Assembly (NCBI GenBank): GCA_963800765.1 | Contig: CAWDCF010000012.1 | Span: 574 to 64,573, forward strand | Direction of reading: 5' to 3' | DNA: 64,000 nucleotides | Origin: an uncultured Acidimicrobiaceae bacterium | Lineage (GTDB): Bacteria; Actinomycetota; Acidimicrobiia; Acidimicrobiales; RAAP-2 | Part shown: in pieces, positions 1 through 11,442 of the stretch | Numbering within the stretch: the first letter of the stretch is position 1 | How the letters are laid out: each line of letters opens with the position of its first letter | Notes under the pieces: generated by a model | Database searches by the model: none | The model's input: the letters and a program-made list of their open reading frames with translations, nothing else | What the model was told of the DNA's origin: nothing | Program-made: the position numbers and the translations under genes

Positions 1-288
1 GGCAGATCGTGGCTCTCCCCTGCCACGACCAGAACGGGTCGTCCGCCACCTTGTCCCGTGCCCACTTCGAGGCGGGCCCCACACGGGTGCGCAGGGCGGC
101 CATGGTGCTTGCACCGAGCACGATCTGGTCGGCCCGAACGCAGTGTTCGGTGCCCTGCTATGGTCGGGTTCACCTTGAAATTCCAATGTTTTTAGTCCAC
201 CCATAGCGGGACATTATGTTGGGGCGCCTCCCTGGTCGGGCTGGGCCCCGGCGCGCTCGGTTTTTGGGCGCCCGGTTAGTCTTGACCG

Positions 289-1385
289 GTGCACGTCCTG
301 TTCGTCCTAGCCCCGGGGCACGGCCACCTCTACCCGACCTTCGGGGTGGCGGACGCGTTGCGGGCAGCTGGTCACAGCATTACCTACGCCATGGTGGACG
401 TACCTTCTCTGCGCCAGCGGGTGGAGTCCGAGGGCCACATGTTCGTAGCCGTGCCACCCTCGCTCGCCGCGCAGACAAAGATAGTTGCGACCGGTTTACA
501 CGATGACCCGAGCCTCGCTGGCATCTTTGGTGGCCTCGCTCCTCCTGCCGTCGCCCCTCTGGTCGGCCTCATCGCCGAGACGGGCGCTCGTCTGGTCCTA
601 CACGACATGGCCAGCTTCGCCGCGCCGCTAGCGGCCGAGATCGGAGGCGTGCCCAGCGTCCACTTCGGCGTCGGGCCATCTTTCCCCGATGACGCCTATG
701 GGGCTGGGCAGCGGATGGCGCCGATGTGGGGGCAATGGGGCAGGCAACCAGACGAGCTCGCGGGGATGTTCCGGCTCGCCTACTTCGACCCGTTCCCGCC
801 TTCACTCGACAACCCCGCCAGGTCGCTCCAGGTCCGTTGTTACCCTTACCAGCCCGTTCCCCTGGGCTCTGAGGCCGACGACGAGGTAGCTGGCCTGCCT
901 CGTCCACCCTGGGTTTGGGCGACGCTCGGTACCGTTTTCAACGCCAACCCCAGGGCGTGGGCACGCATCGCTGACGGGCTGAAGGACCTCGGGCCCGTGT
1001 AGTGGCCACCGTCGGTGACGGTACCGACCTAACAGGGCTCCCCCCATTTCCAGCCAACTTCACTGTTCTGCCCTTCGCTCCTGCCCGCGTGCTGCTGGAG
1101 GGAGCCGCCGCCGTGCTGTGCCACGCAGGCGCCGGCACCCTGCTCGGGCCTTCCGCTACGGCCTGCCGATGGTGTGCTGGCCCCAGGGCGCCGACCTCCA
1201 CAACGCTCGGGCTTGCGAAGCGGCTGGGGCCAGCGTCACGATCGGCGATGCCGCCGCAGCGGCGCAGGGGCTCCGCTGCGTCTTGGACGGTGAGGGCTAC
1301 CGTTCGGCGGCACAACGTCTGCAGGAGGAAGTACTAGGATGCTCCCGCGCATTGCGTTCAGGTGCTGGAACAGCTGGCGCTCTAG
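289..1385 (+). CDS. GT1/MGT-family glycosyltransferase, split by several frameshifts
   Basis: N-terminal HVLFVLAPGHGHLYP; later WVWATLGTVFN and CHAGAGTLL (UDP-sugar-binding signature); split across ORFs 289..1002, 1002..1337 and 1118..1525; end coordinate approximate. Confidence 0.75.
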
Positions 1386-1475
1386 CGCCGTGGGCTGGGC
1401 TTCCGGTGACCCCCGCCCTGTCAAAAAGCTGCGGGATGCCGACCCCAGGAGTGGCTCGCTTGACAAGCTGGGCTC

Positions 1476-1861
1476 ATGTCAGCTCTCCTCCAATACGTGG
1501 ACGCGGTCCAGGTCCCCGACCTTGACGCCGGCATGGCTTTCTATCGTGGTGTGCTTGGCCACGACCTCATTTGGCGCAACGAAGCGGTAGGCCAGGCCGG
1601 CCTTAGGACACCCGGGTCGGAGACCGAGATCGTGCTTAGCACTCGGCAGGGCTACGAACCAGACTGGAAGGTTGCCTCGGCGAGGCCGCCGCCCATATCT
1701 TTGGCTCCCATGGTGGGAGGGTCCTCGTTGAGCCCATAGACATACCGATCGGCCGTCTCGCTGTTGTGGAGGACCCCTTTGGCAACCGTCTGGTAGTGCT
1801 CGACTCAAGCAAAGGGACCTACGACACCGACGAAGCCGGCACTGTCGTCGGCGTCTCGTGA
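1476..1861 (+). CDS. VOC/glyoxalase family protein, frameshift near 1680
   Basis: VDAVQVPDLDAGMAFYRGVLG in ORF 1476..1739; the shifted frame continues PIDIPIGRLAVVEDPFGNRLVVLD to TGA at 1861. Confidence 0.75.
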
Positions 1862-3569
1862 ACTCGGCTGGTCATGGGTACCTTGAGCCAAGGCCCGAAA
1901 TCGGTAGGCATCGCTTCGGGTGCCACTGCTGGCGCGACCGTGGGCAATCCACTTTTTGGTGGCGGCGATCTGTCGCAACTAGTTCACCGGGCGGCGCATG
2001 CCGACCCGTCGATATGGCCGGATGTTCCTCGGAAAATGGGGGGTTCTCGGTTAGCGCATAAAAGACATTTGGCGCATGGCGGTCCTTGAGCCTAACACGT
2101 CGACCTTGTCATCAGAGCGTCCAAATTGGAAGGCATTCGCGGTTCGGAGTTGCGCTCGCTATCGGGCAAGCAGGGCCACGAGTTCCCGGTGGGGGCACCG
2201 CCGGCGCTTGTACTCAGTAATGTTCCGCCATGAACAATTCGGTGTGGTTCCGCCATCAACAATAAGGGGTTCTCGGCCAGCGCATAAGTGCCGCTAGGTC
2301 GCTCCTACCGTGACTGGCCAAGCATTGCACGCCTCGGCGAGACAGCAAGGAGGGGGCTCGCAAAAGGGGAACGCCCCCTTCTGGTTACCAGGCACTGGCG
2401 GCGCGCCGGCGGCTGACTCCGTGCGAGCACCGATGGGCGGCGCGCCAGTTGGGCCCGAGGGCGACGCTACGCTAGCAACGCCGCTCGGTGAACTGGCGCC
2501 GCAAAAAACTACCCGTTGGGACCCCGGGCCGCGGTCCGGTTGAGGTCGGCCCTCCTGAGCGTGGTGCCCGCAACCACCGGCGCTGCTGGCCTACTAGATC
2601 TGCCCAAAGGCTCCTGCGCCGCCGGTCCAGAAGGCCGCACCCCACGGGCCCACGGAGACACCGACTCGGCCCTATGAAGGCGGCTCCCCATAGGGCGGCG
2701 AGGTCTTTAGAAAAATACTTATTTGTTTTATATTCACATGACAACAAATGATAAAACACTTTATTTTTGTTTTGTAATGTATGTTAAGATTTGTTTCAAC
2801 AACGATCTGCCCGAATCAATAGCCATGAAGAAGAGTCTTTACACATTTAATCAAAAGTTGATTTGTGCAGAATTAAAATTATTTTAAAAATTTTAAAATT
2901 GCCTAAAAAATAATTTGGGAGGTACCTTTTTAATTTTTTTCACTATTGGGAGTGAAAACTATTGTTTTCACTCATTAGTAATCTCAAACTAAATATATTT
3001 TCAAAATTTACAATACCGTACAAATATAAGTACGAGTATATTGTGGGATCACATATTCTAAACTTTTTTCGTTTTAGGTCATTAGCGGTGTCACTCAAAA
3101 GGATAAAGAGTCACTATATAATTTTTAAGTTCCACAAAATTGTTTTCAAATTTATATAAAATTTTTACAAATTTATACTTAATTTATATAGAATTAATAA
3201 CATTAACTCAATTTAATTCAACTAAATTAATAATTAAATATTACTAAAAATTATAAATAGGTGTATTAAAATCCTTTTAAAATATTATTTGTTAATTAGT
3301 AATTATTAAATCAAAATCAATAATATTTTAAAGTGATCGAGCCGATCAAGCCTTATTGCTTTGTCAACTAAACTCAGACGCAGGCTCCAAATTTGAAACC
3401 TCAAAAATGAGAGGAGATCGCAGATGTTCATTGGCTAAGCTCGCACAAGGTTTTGATTTGATATTATTGATACCAAAAATGTATCCTCGCAAAAATATGG
3501 AGATGAAAGCAGGCTTAAGGCCAATTCATACTCAAACTTCGCCTACGCCCGGGCATCTATTGTAATTTG

Positions 3570-3825
3570 TAGAGATGGCGGTAAAAATGCTCAAATTATC
3601 ACCTAAAGATAATAAGCAAAACAAGCCAAAAAGGTGACATTTTAAGAAAATCGGCCAAAACAGGTGGAAAAGGTGAAATATTAAAAATATAATAAAAGGG
3701 TGAAATGTTGAAAATAAAATGAAAATTTTAATAATCCTTTGATATATACTTGTTTTCTAACAATTTCTAATTGTTTTAAAAAAGTTTTTAGAAATTTAAA
3801 TGAAAACTTTATACCGCCATCTCTA
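3570..3825. mobile_element. MITE-like element with perfect 14-bp terminal inverted repeats
   Basis: TAGAGATGGCGGTA (3570-3583) and TACCGCCATCTCTA (3812-3825) flank a non-coding AT-rich interior; TTG lies on both sides. Confidence 0.6.
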
Positions 3826-4472
3826 TTGATGAATGATGAATACTTTGTATGGAAAATTCCTAATCAAATAGATTTTGTTTTTGCCAGCAAAAAGTGTGCA
3901 AATAAAGTATTTATGCCAGTATACTGTCCAAATTTATGCCAATATATAAGCCAATTCATTGGAATTGTATATTGCTATTAAGTTTATGCAATAATGCAAT
4001 TATACGTATTGTACTCAAGGGGCTTTATTTTAAAGATGGAAATTTATCTTAAGGTGAAAATTCCTCCTTAGATTGAGTTTTTTTCATGAAATTGGCGTGT
4101 TAGTGGTGGGGATATTCTGTGGTGTCGCCGGGTGAGATAGGTCAAAGGCCCACTCCTCGTAACCAGGAAAATTTGCAAAAGATGAAAAAGAGCCCACGCC
4201 TTAGCCAGCAATGAGAATCGATAATAGTAGAAAAATTTTTAATTTTAATTTTAATTTTTCCCAAATATTATTTAAAATTTTCTTGAAGCCGTTTTAAATT
4301 TTTTAAATTTGTTCAAATCTTCACAAATTTTATTCAAAATACCTTATTAGTCATTAACCTTATTTACAATACAGATAACTAAAACTGTTTACAATCTTTA
4401 GGTCAAACGAGTCACGTAAAAATAACGGGCAAGTGTCACAATCATATAATCAAAAGTCACCAATGTTCCGAG

Positions 4473-5021
4473 CAGTGGCGTCGCCAGGATAACTGGAGAA
4501 ACGCCCTCCTTGAAACCCCGGAACATTTGCAAAGGATTAAGAACGTCTCAGCCAACAATAAGCCTCGAAAGCAACTAAATATTCAAATTTTAGTAAACTT
4601 ATTTTAATTTTCAAAGAATTTCAAATATTTCTTGAAAACTTTTAAAATATTCAATAATTTTTTGAAATGTCTTCAATTTTTTAAAAAGTTTGGTTAAAAA
4701 CTGTAAAATATTTATTCAAGGTGTATAATATGTTTTAATAAAACAAGTAAAAATTAATAAAATTTTCTTTAATTTTTCAATTTGTTTTCCAAAAAGTTCT
4801 TAAAATTTAATTACAAATTTTCTCAAAATTGTCTAACATTTTTAAAATTTCAAAGTTTTGTTTTAATAAACAATTAATATTTTTTATAAAATTTTTAAAA
4901 TTTTAAAAATATTTTAAATTTGTTTGCTAATATTATATAATTTTTTCGTAAAGTTTTAGAGAATTTGTGGAGTAAATTTTCACTAAATGTACCCCCAACC
5001 GAAGTTTTGGCGACTCCACTG
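4473..5021. mobile_element. MITE-like element with CAGTGGCG-type TIRs
   Basis: CAGTGGCGTCGCCA (4473-4486) versus TGGCGACTCCACTG (5008-5021), a 13/14 inverted match; a related left end occurs at ~4117-4260. Confidence 0.6.
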
Positions 5022-5777
5022 GTCACGTTAGTTTGAGAAACTCTCTTATAGATAGAGTATGCTCGTACTGTCTATAAAACTTAGTTAACTTAAAATGACA
5101 AGTTATACTGTACATTACGTGTAAGCTTTAATGTAAGAAGTACAAGTATAATACGAGTACTTGTACATCGTATGATACTCAAAACGATGTACAAGCTCAG
5201 GCTTAAAACCTTTCTTTTGACGATGACAATCTCCTAAATAATTGATTGTGTGAGACCAGTGATAACACTGTCTCTACGGTACTGTTGTACCTCGGCCGTA
5301 CAACGTACTTACCTTTCATTTCCTTCTCGAACCTCGTTACATAACGAGGCCCTCGGCTTCTATAAATACGGCTCAGCCAGCGTGCCTCGCTTCGCTGATA
5401 TTCATTCATTCTTTTGAATCTCTTTTCTCTTGAATCTTCTTTTCCATTGTCCATTATTTATTATTATTATTATATGATTATTCGTTGTCTTGCTATAGTC
5501 ATTATTTAGGCTACGAGCCTTATTCTCTTACACAGTACATTAGCTATACGAACCTCGACAAAAGGACAGTTAGAGTACGACATAGCATCACACTTGGTGC
5601 CGTGTCCCAAGTCTTCTTTGCAGGTCGAGAGAGGGCAGATTAGGGCCAAACCTCGGCAAGTCTCGGCGACTTCTTCGTCGGGACAGAGTGCGACGCTGGT
5701 TCGCGGTGCTGTGCATGCGCCGCAACTCGCGTCTTCCATCGCTACGGGCTGGTGAGAACCCCGCCGGCAGAACGCGA

Positions 5778-6459
5778 TCAAGAATTCCAGTGCGGGAGTC
5801 GGCTGCGCTGGTCTTCAAACCCAAACCTCGGTACTGCGGTGCCTGACTCCTGAGCTCGATCGAGCAACTGACGCTCGACCAGCGGCGTGAGGACCCAGCC
5901 GGGGCAGATCGCGTTGACGGTAACCCCATGATTGGCCATCTCGAGAGCCGCCACCTTCGTGGCACCGACCAGGCCATGCTTGGCCGCGACGTAGGCCACC
6001 TTGTCGGGACTCGCCACCAGTCCGTGTGCGGAGGCAACGTTGATGATGCGTCCCCAGCCATTCGTTTTCATGTCGGGAATAACTGCCTTCATCGAATAGA
6101 AAGCGGCGGAGAGATTGAGCGCGATGATCGCTTCCCATCGGTCGTCGGGAAATTCCTCGATCGGCGCCACGAACTGGACGCCGGCGTTGTTGACGAGGAC
6201 GTCGACATCGCCGAGATTCTCCTTCGTCACGGCGACCAGTCGATTCACCTCCTCGCCATGGGACAGGTCGGCGCCGTCGAAGGCGACGCTCACTCCAAAC
6301 TCTTCGGCGAGTCGCGAACGCAAACCCTCAATCTTCGTCCGCGTCGCCGAAGCCATTCATCATTATCGAGGCGCCAGCTCGAGCGAGAGCGCGGGCGATG
6401 CCCAGGCCGATGCCGCTGGTCGACCCCGTGACGAGAGCAACTTTCCCCTTCAGTGTCAT
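5778..6459 (-). CDS. 3-hydroxybutyrate dehydrogenase (SDR); frameshift near 6340 and C-terminus truncated
   Basis: Start [18 protein letters not shown] at 6459; [20 protein letters not shown] and [11 protein letters not shown] are typical of BDH; the normal C-terminus is missing after ~5835. Confidence 0.85.
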
Positions 6460-6524
6460 TCTTCGCCTCCCCACTTGGTCATCGTGAACACTCATTCAAA
6501 ATCCATCATGCTCGACAAGCCAGT

Positions 6525-7609
6525 TCACGGCTTGTTAAATACTGACAGGAGCGTGGTCGCGGAAGCCCGACGGAAGCGACGGCGTACGACCAATCCGGCG
6601 ATGCCTCCCGGAGCGAAGAAGACGAAAAGGACGAATAACGCTCCGAGCAAGAACTGCGGCTCCGAAAGTGGCACTCTCAACACCGCGGGAAGTCGACTGA
6701 ATGCAGGTTCCGCGCCAACTTTATCGAGGTACTGCTGGAGATAGACGTAGACCATGGCACCGATCACCGCCCCCCAACGGGTGCCCGCTCCGCCGAGGAC
6801 CACCATGATGAGGATTGATAGGGTCACGGTCGTCGATGCCACGACGCTTGGCACGGCCGTTCCGATCACGAGGATGTAGACGATGCCTCCCCCAGTCGCG
6901 ATGAGCGAGGAGACGACGAAGGAGACCATCTTGAATCGATAAGGCCGTATGCCGAGCACGTCGAGACGAAGTTCGTTCTCTCGAATCGCGACGAAGACGT
7001 GTCCCGTCACCGACTCGGTGACCAGCCAGACGATCAGGTACGCCACGACGAGGAACGCCAGCGCGATCCAGTAGAGGCTGCGAGTGTTCGACACGGCTCC
7101 AGAGAGGAACGAGGGAAGGCGCGCGTAGGTGAGCGAGAGTCCGGTATCGCCCCCGTCAGGTTGTGCGGATTGCTCTCCACTAAGAAATAGAAGGCCTGTG
7201 CGAACGCGAGTGTCACCATGGCAAAGGCGATTCCGTGTACGCGCAGGGCGATCGCGCCGAGCACGACGGCGAGCACCAGAGAGACACCGAACGTCAGTAG
7301 CAGCGACGGGATGAGCGCCCATCCCCAATGGGTGAGGGCGATGTCGAAGACGTACGTTCCAACCGCGAAGTAGAGGACGGGGCCGAGCGACATGAGACCC
7401 GTGTAGCCAAACATCAGGTCGTAGCCAACCGCGATGCCCGCGAACATGAAACAGAGTGCCAGGACCTCGAGCGTTCCCGTCGAGTTCACGATGTCGAGCG
7501 TGCCCGGCAGCACCCAGGGCACGTGAAGACCGATAAACGGCAGCACGATGAAGAGCCCGAGGAAGAAGGCTCCGACGACGAGACCCGTTCGACGTACGGG
7601 CCACTTCAC
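6525..7609 (-). CDS. Branched-chain amino acid-type ABC permease (LivM-like), frameshift near 7150
   Basis: GYDLMFGYTGLMSLG, GGDTGLS, AIRENE and MVVLGGAGT motifs over two ORFs. Confidence 0.85.
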
Positions 7610-8511
7610 GCGACCCTCCCGAACAGACCGCGGGGCCGCCACTCCAACACCACGGCCAGCAACAGGACCGTCGAGAGATCGCCGATCTGAGCCCATCCAC
7701 TGTGTCCCCCTATATAGAAGGACGTGTACTGCTGGAGGAGCCCCACCACGAGTGCCGCCACCGCCGAACCACGAATCGAACCCAGTCCCCCGATGACGAC
7801 CACGATGAAGGCGAAGATCAAGAGACTGTCACCTTGGTTCGGCGAGACAAGGTCGCCACTGAAGACAATGGAATACAGGATGCCCGCCAGACCGGCCATG
7901 GCCCCACCGATGACGAAGACGAGCGTGAATGCGCGACCGACGTCGATCCCAAGGGCGCGTACCATTTCGCGATTCTCCACGCCGGCGCGAATGATGATGC
8001 CGTAGCGCGTGCGCGCGAGAAATAGTTCCAACCCGATCAAGACAACGGCCCCCGCGCCGATGGCCAGAAAACTCGCGTTCGGCAAGAACAGTCCCCCGAT
8101 GTGCGTGGGCTCGATGAGCCAGAGTGGTACCGGGATCTGCAGGGCGGTGCTCCCGAAGCCCCCCATGAGGAGGCCGACCACCGCGAGGTCCAGACCGATC
8201 GTGATCAGAATCTGACTGATTGGTTTGCCGTACAGCGGTCGAATGAGAATCAGTTCCGTTACCCCGGCCGCCAGAGCGCCGACGAGGGTGGCACCGACGA
8301 TCGCCAGTATCACCAGTGTTGGCGCGCCGAGCGATGTCGGTAGCCGCGTCGCGACCTCGTAGCCGGCGTAGGCGCCGAGCGTCATGAAGAGTCCATGGGC
8401 AAAATTGAGGACGTCCATGAGTCCATAGATCAGCGAGAGGCCCGACGCCGCGAGAAAGTAGATGGCTCCGAGAGCCACGCCACTGAAGGTGAGAACGAGA
8501 AAGATGTTCAC
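7606..8511 (-). CDS. Branched-chain amino acid-type ABC permease (LivH-like)
   Basis: GLSLIYGLMDVLNFAHG and VVVIGGLGS motifs; multiple TM helices. Confidence 0.92.
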   Translation of the reverse strand: MNIFLVLTFSGVALGAIYFLAASGLSLIYGLMDVLNFAHGLFMTLGAYAGYEVATRLPTSLGAPTLVILAIVGATLVGALAAGVTELILIRPLYGKPISQILITIGLDLAVVGLLMGGFGSTALQIPVPLWLIEPTHIGGLFLPNASFLAIGAGAVVLIGLELFLARTRYGIIIRAGVENREMVRALGIDVGRAFTLVFVIGGAMAGLAGILYSIVFSGDLVSPNQGDSLLIFAFIVVVIGGLGSIRGSAVAALVVGLLQQYTSFYIGGHSGWAQIGDLSTVLLLAVVLEWRPRGLFGRVA

Positions 8512-9206
8512 GCCGCTCCCGACACGCCAAGGAGTCGTCGCACGAGAGTCGGGTCGTCGAGATCGGTGACCTCCCCGAGGTGCACGACTTCGCCGTGGTC
8601 CAGTACGACGATGCGTTGGGCGAGACGTTTCACGACACTCAAGTTCTGCTCGACGAGCAGCACCGTCGAGTGTTGGGCCGCACGTTCCAAGACGCCAGCG
8701 AACTCACTCACGATTTTCGGAGCGAGTCCCTTGGAAGGCTCGTCGATGAGCAACAACGGCCGATGGTTCAAGAGGGCCCTCGCAATCGAAAGCATCTGCT
8801 GTTGTCCACCCGAGAGCGTGCCGGCACGCTGGCGACCGCGTGTCTTCAATTCAGGAAAGAGCGAGAAGACTTCGTCGTAGTCCGCGCCCGCTCCGCTCTC
8901 GGCCAGCCGGAGATTCTGCTCCACGGTCAAAGCGGAAAAGACGTCGCGGTCCTCAGGAACGTAGCCGATGCCAAGACGGACGATCCGGTGCGTGGGCCAC
9001 CTCTCGACATCGTTGCCGAGGACCTCAATTCGACCGCTGCTGGCGACGAGTCCAAGGATTGCCCGCAGCGTCGTCGTCTTGCCGACGCCGTTACGTCCGA
9101 GGAGCGCGGTGACACCGCCCGTGGGCACGCTGAATCCAACACCTTGGAGGACGTGTGAGCCCGCGATGGATACGTGCAAATCGGAAATCTCAATGGCGTT
9201 GGTCAC
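8508..9206 (-). CDS. ABC ATP-binding protein (LivF-like)
   Basis: GRNGVGKT, LSGGQQQM, LLIDEPSKGLAP. Confidence 0.93.
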   Translation of the reverse strand: MTNAIEISDLHVSIAGSHVLQGVGFSVPTGGVTALLGRNGVGKTTTLRAILGLVASSGRIEVLGNDVERWPTHRIVRLGIGYVPEDRDVFSALTVEQNLRLAESGAGADYDEVFSLFPELKTRGRQRAGTLSGGQQQMLSIARALLNHRPLLLIDEPSKGLAPKIVSEFAGVLERAAQHSTVLLVEQNLSVVKRLAQRIVVLDHGEVVHLGEVTDLDDPTLVRRLLGVSGAA

Positions 9207-9973
9207 AGCGGCTCACCGAGATAGGCCGCCTGTACGGTTTCGTTGGCCATGACCTCATCCGGTGTACCGCACGCCAGAAGTCGTCCGTAGTCGAGGACCG
9301 CGACCTTTTGGGCAAGTCCAACGACGACCGCCATGTGGTGTTCGACCATCAAGACGGTGCGACCCTCAGAGTGCAGTCGTCCTATGAGTTCCGTCAGGCG
9401 CGGTACGTCTTCGGTGTTGACGCCGGCCATAGGTTCGTCGAGCAGAAGAACCCGCGCCTCGGCCGCAAGAAGGATCGCTAACTCCAGCTTGCGTTTGTCG
9501 CCATGACTGAGTGCGCCGGTGATCTGATGCGCGACGCTCGTGAGACCAACGTCGTGAAGCGCAGATTCGGCCGCCGTCGTCGCCGCGTCGCCCGCCCGGG
9601 GACGTCGCCACAACTTCATGTTGCCACCGAGGCGGGCTTGCGCGGAGAGGCGGGCATTCTCGAGCACGCTGAGCGAGTTGAACAGACTTGATGTTTGGAA
9701 CGTGCGCCCGACGCCCAGACGAGCACGGCCCGATGAACTCACGCCCGCCAGATCGCGCCCGAAGAGTTCTACCTTGCCCGACGTTGGTTTGAGCAAACCG
9801 CTCATGAGGTTGAGAAATGTTGTCTTCCCAGCCCCATTGGGACCAATGATGCCGAGGAAACTTCCCTCCTCGATCTCAATGTCGATCTCGGAGAGAATGT
9901 CCGCTCCACCGACCCGAAATCCCAGGTCCCTCGCTTTGAGCGCGAGGGACCTGGGACCGGAACTGTCTGTCAT
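9203..9973 (-). CDS. ABC ATP-binding protein (LivG-like)
   Basis: GPNGAGKT, RTFQ, LSHGDKR, LLLDEP, C-terminal AYLG. Confidence 0.93.
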   Translation of the reverse strand: MTDSSGPRSLALKARDLGFRVGGADILSEIDIEIEEGSFLGIIGPNGAGKTTFLNLMSGLLKPTSGKVELFGRDLAGVSSSGRARLGVGRTFQTSSLFNSLSVLENARLSAQARLGGNMKLWRRPRAGDAATTAAESALHDVGLTSVAHQITGALSHGDKRKLELAILLAAEARVLLLDEPMAGVNTEDVPRLTELIGRLHSEGRTVLMVEHHMAVVVGLAQKVAVLDYGRLLACGTPDEVMANETVQAAYLGEPL

Positions 9974-9988
9974 TGGGGAAAACTCTAA

Positions 9989-11206
9989 CTATTTGCTGAA
10001 GTGCGCCGTGACCGGAGGAGCCGTCAATGATGCACTCAAGGTGCGCAGTACCACTGGCTTGAAGCCACCGCTAATCGTCGAGACCAGGCTCACCTGGTAC
10101 ATCGGCTGGAGCATGGCGTGGTCCGACACCCGAATGGTCTGCTCACCCTTCGGGGCGAGGAAACTCCATCCCGCGAGCCCACTGATCATCTTGTTGACGT
10201 TCGTCCCACCACCGGTTTGGATGGCGCGCACCAACATCTGCGCCCACACGAATCCGTCGGGCGTGAACAGGTCGGGCTGTTGCTGATACTTCTGTTCCAT
10301 CGCCTTTACGAGATAAGCGTTTGGCTTGTTGGACGAACCGGCCGACACGTAGAGCGACAGGTAGTTGAACGACGTACCAATCGTGCCGTAGAACGGATAC
10401 GTCACGATGTTCGCGAGACCTGTAACGACGTGTGCGGTAGTCAGGGCGCCTTCTTGCTGAAGCGCCTGCATGAGCGGCGCCCCAGTGGTTCCGGCCCACG
10501 CCAGAAAGATGATGTCCGGGTGGTCCTGTTGCACTTGCAAGGCCGTCGACGTGAAGTCGGTCGTCGTCAGGGGAACGAGGAGACTATCCACGGTGTCGCC
10601 GAGGCTCTTGAACGCGTTCGTGGCGTCGGTCACGTAGGACTGGCCGAAGGCGAAGTCCTGACCGAGCACGAGGATGGTCTTGCCGGTGCCGAGAGCCTGC
10701 ACGTATGACTTCGCGGTCTGCACGTCCTGGTAGGTCTGGCGACCGGAACGGAACGTGTAGCGGTTGACGCCGGTGATCGCGTCATCGGCGGCCGCGCCCG
10801 AAATGTAGAGCGTCTTGTTCTGGGCCGCGAGTGGTGCGAGTTCATCGGCGATGCTCGAGTCACCGGTACCGCCGATGATCTTGTAGCCGGCGCCCACGTA
10901 GGCCTTGAAGTCCGAAACGGCCGTGGTCGGGTTGTCTGCGTCGTCATCCCACGTGATGTCGAGCTTCTGACCGTTCACCTTGTCCGTACCGTTCGTCGCG
11001 TACTTGAGACCGATGTTGAAGCCCTGGCGCCACTCCGTCTCATACGCCGAGTAGATGCCCGTCTGTTCCAAGATCATGCCCACCTTGACGGCGGGCTTTG
11101 CTTTGGCGGCGGCCGCACCCGACACCTGCGAAGCACTGATGCCGATACCGAGAGCCATCATGGCAATCGACATGGTGACCGCCGTCACACGAAAGATTCT
11201 TTTCAT
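9989..11206 (-). CDS. LIV-family ABC substrate-binding protein
   Basis: Signal peptide; PBP type-1 motifs (DDADNPTTAV, YTFRSGR); first gene of the ABC operon. Confidence 0.88.
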   Translation of the reverse strand: MKRIFRVTAVTMSIAMMALGIGISASQVSGAAAAKAKPAVKVGMILEQTGIYSAYETEWRQGFNIGLKYATNGTDKVNGQKLDITWDDDADNPTTAVSDFKAYVGAGYKIIGGTGDSSIADELAPLAAQNKTLYISGAAADDAITGVNRYTFRSGRQTYQDVQTAKSYVQALGTGKTILVLGQDFAFGQSYVTDATNAFKSLGDTVDSLLVPLTTTDFTSTALQVQQDHPDIIFLAWAGTTGAPLMQALQQEGALTTAHVVTGLANIVTYPFYGTIGTSFNYLSLYVSAGSSNKPNAYLVKAMEQKYQQQPDLFTPDGFVWAQMLVRAIQTGGGTNVNKMISGLAGWSFLAPKGEQTIRVSDHAMLQPMYQVSLVSTISGGFKPVVLRTLSASLTAPPVTAHFSK

Positions 11207-11442
11207 TTCCCCCCTTGGAACGCGCCGCCCCCTTGACTGCGTGAGCGAAATTCAAGCAGAGTCAACCAAGAATGTCAAGTGAATCACCTCTCATATTTCG
11301 AGCCAGAAGCCTTGTTTTCGGCCGAAACTAGTCAAGAGGTCGAATATTCCATCGCTCGAAGACGCAATCGAACGGGATTTTCGCGTCAGTACCATCGCCA
11401 GTTCAAACCTCGCAGTTCACACGAATTGAACGGTTCGAACGT

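Larger units (their letters stand above)
2700..5600. other. AT-rich, non-coding, eukaryote-like DNA block (probable chimeric join or contaminant)
   Basis: Abrupt switch to poly-A/poly-T-rich sequence at ~2705; no convincing bacterial genes; (TTA)n microsatellite at ~5454-5473; inverted-repeat elements inside. Confidence 0.8.

Noticed and set aside
1858-2759. Short ORFs between the VOC gene and the AT-rich junction
   Set aside because: No recognisable domains; R/P/G-rich translations typical of GC-rich non-coding or degraded DNA.
2962-3981. Short ORFs in the AT-rich block
   Set aside because: Low-complexity F/K/I/N-rich translations with no RBS or recognisable domain.
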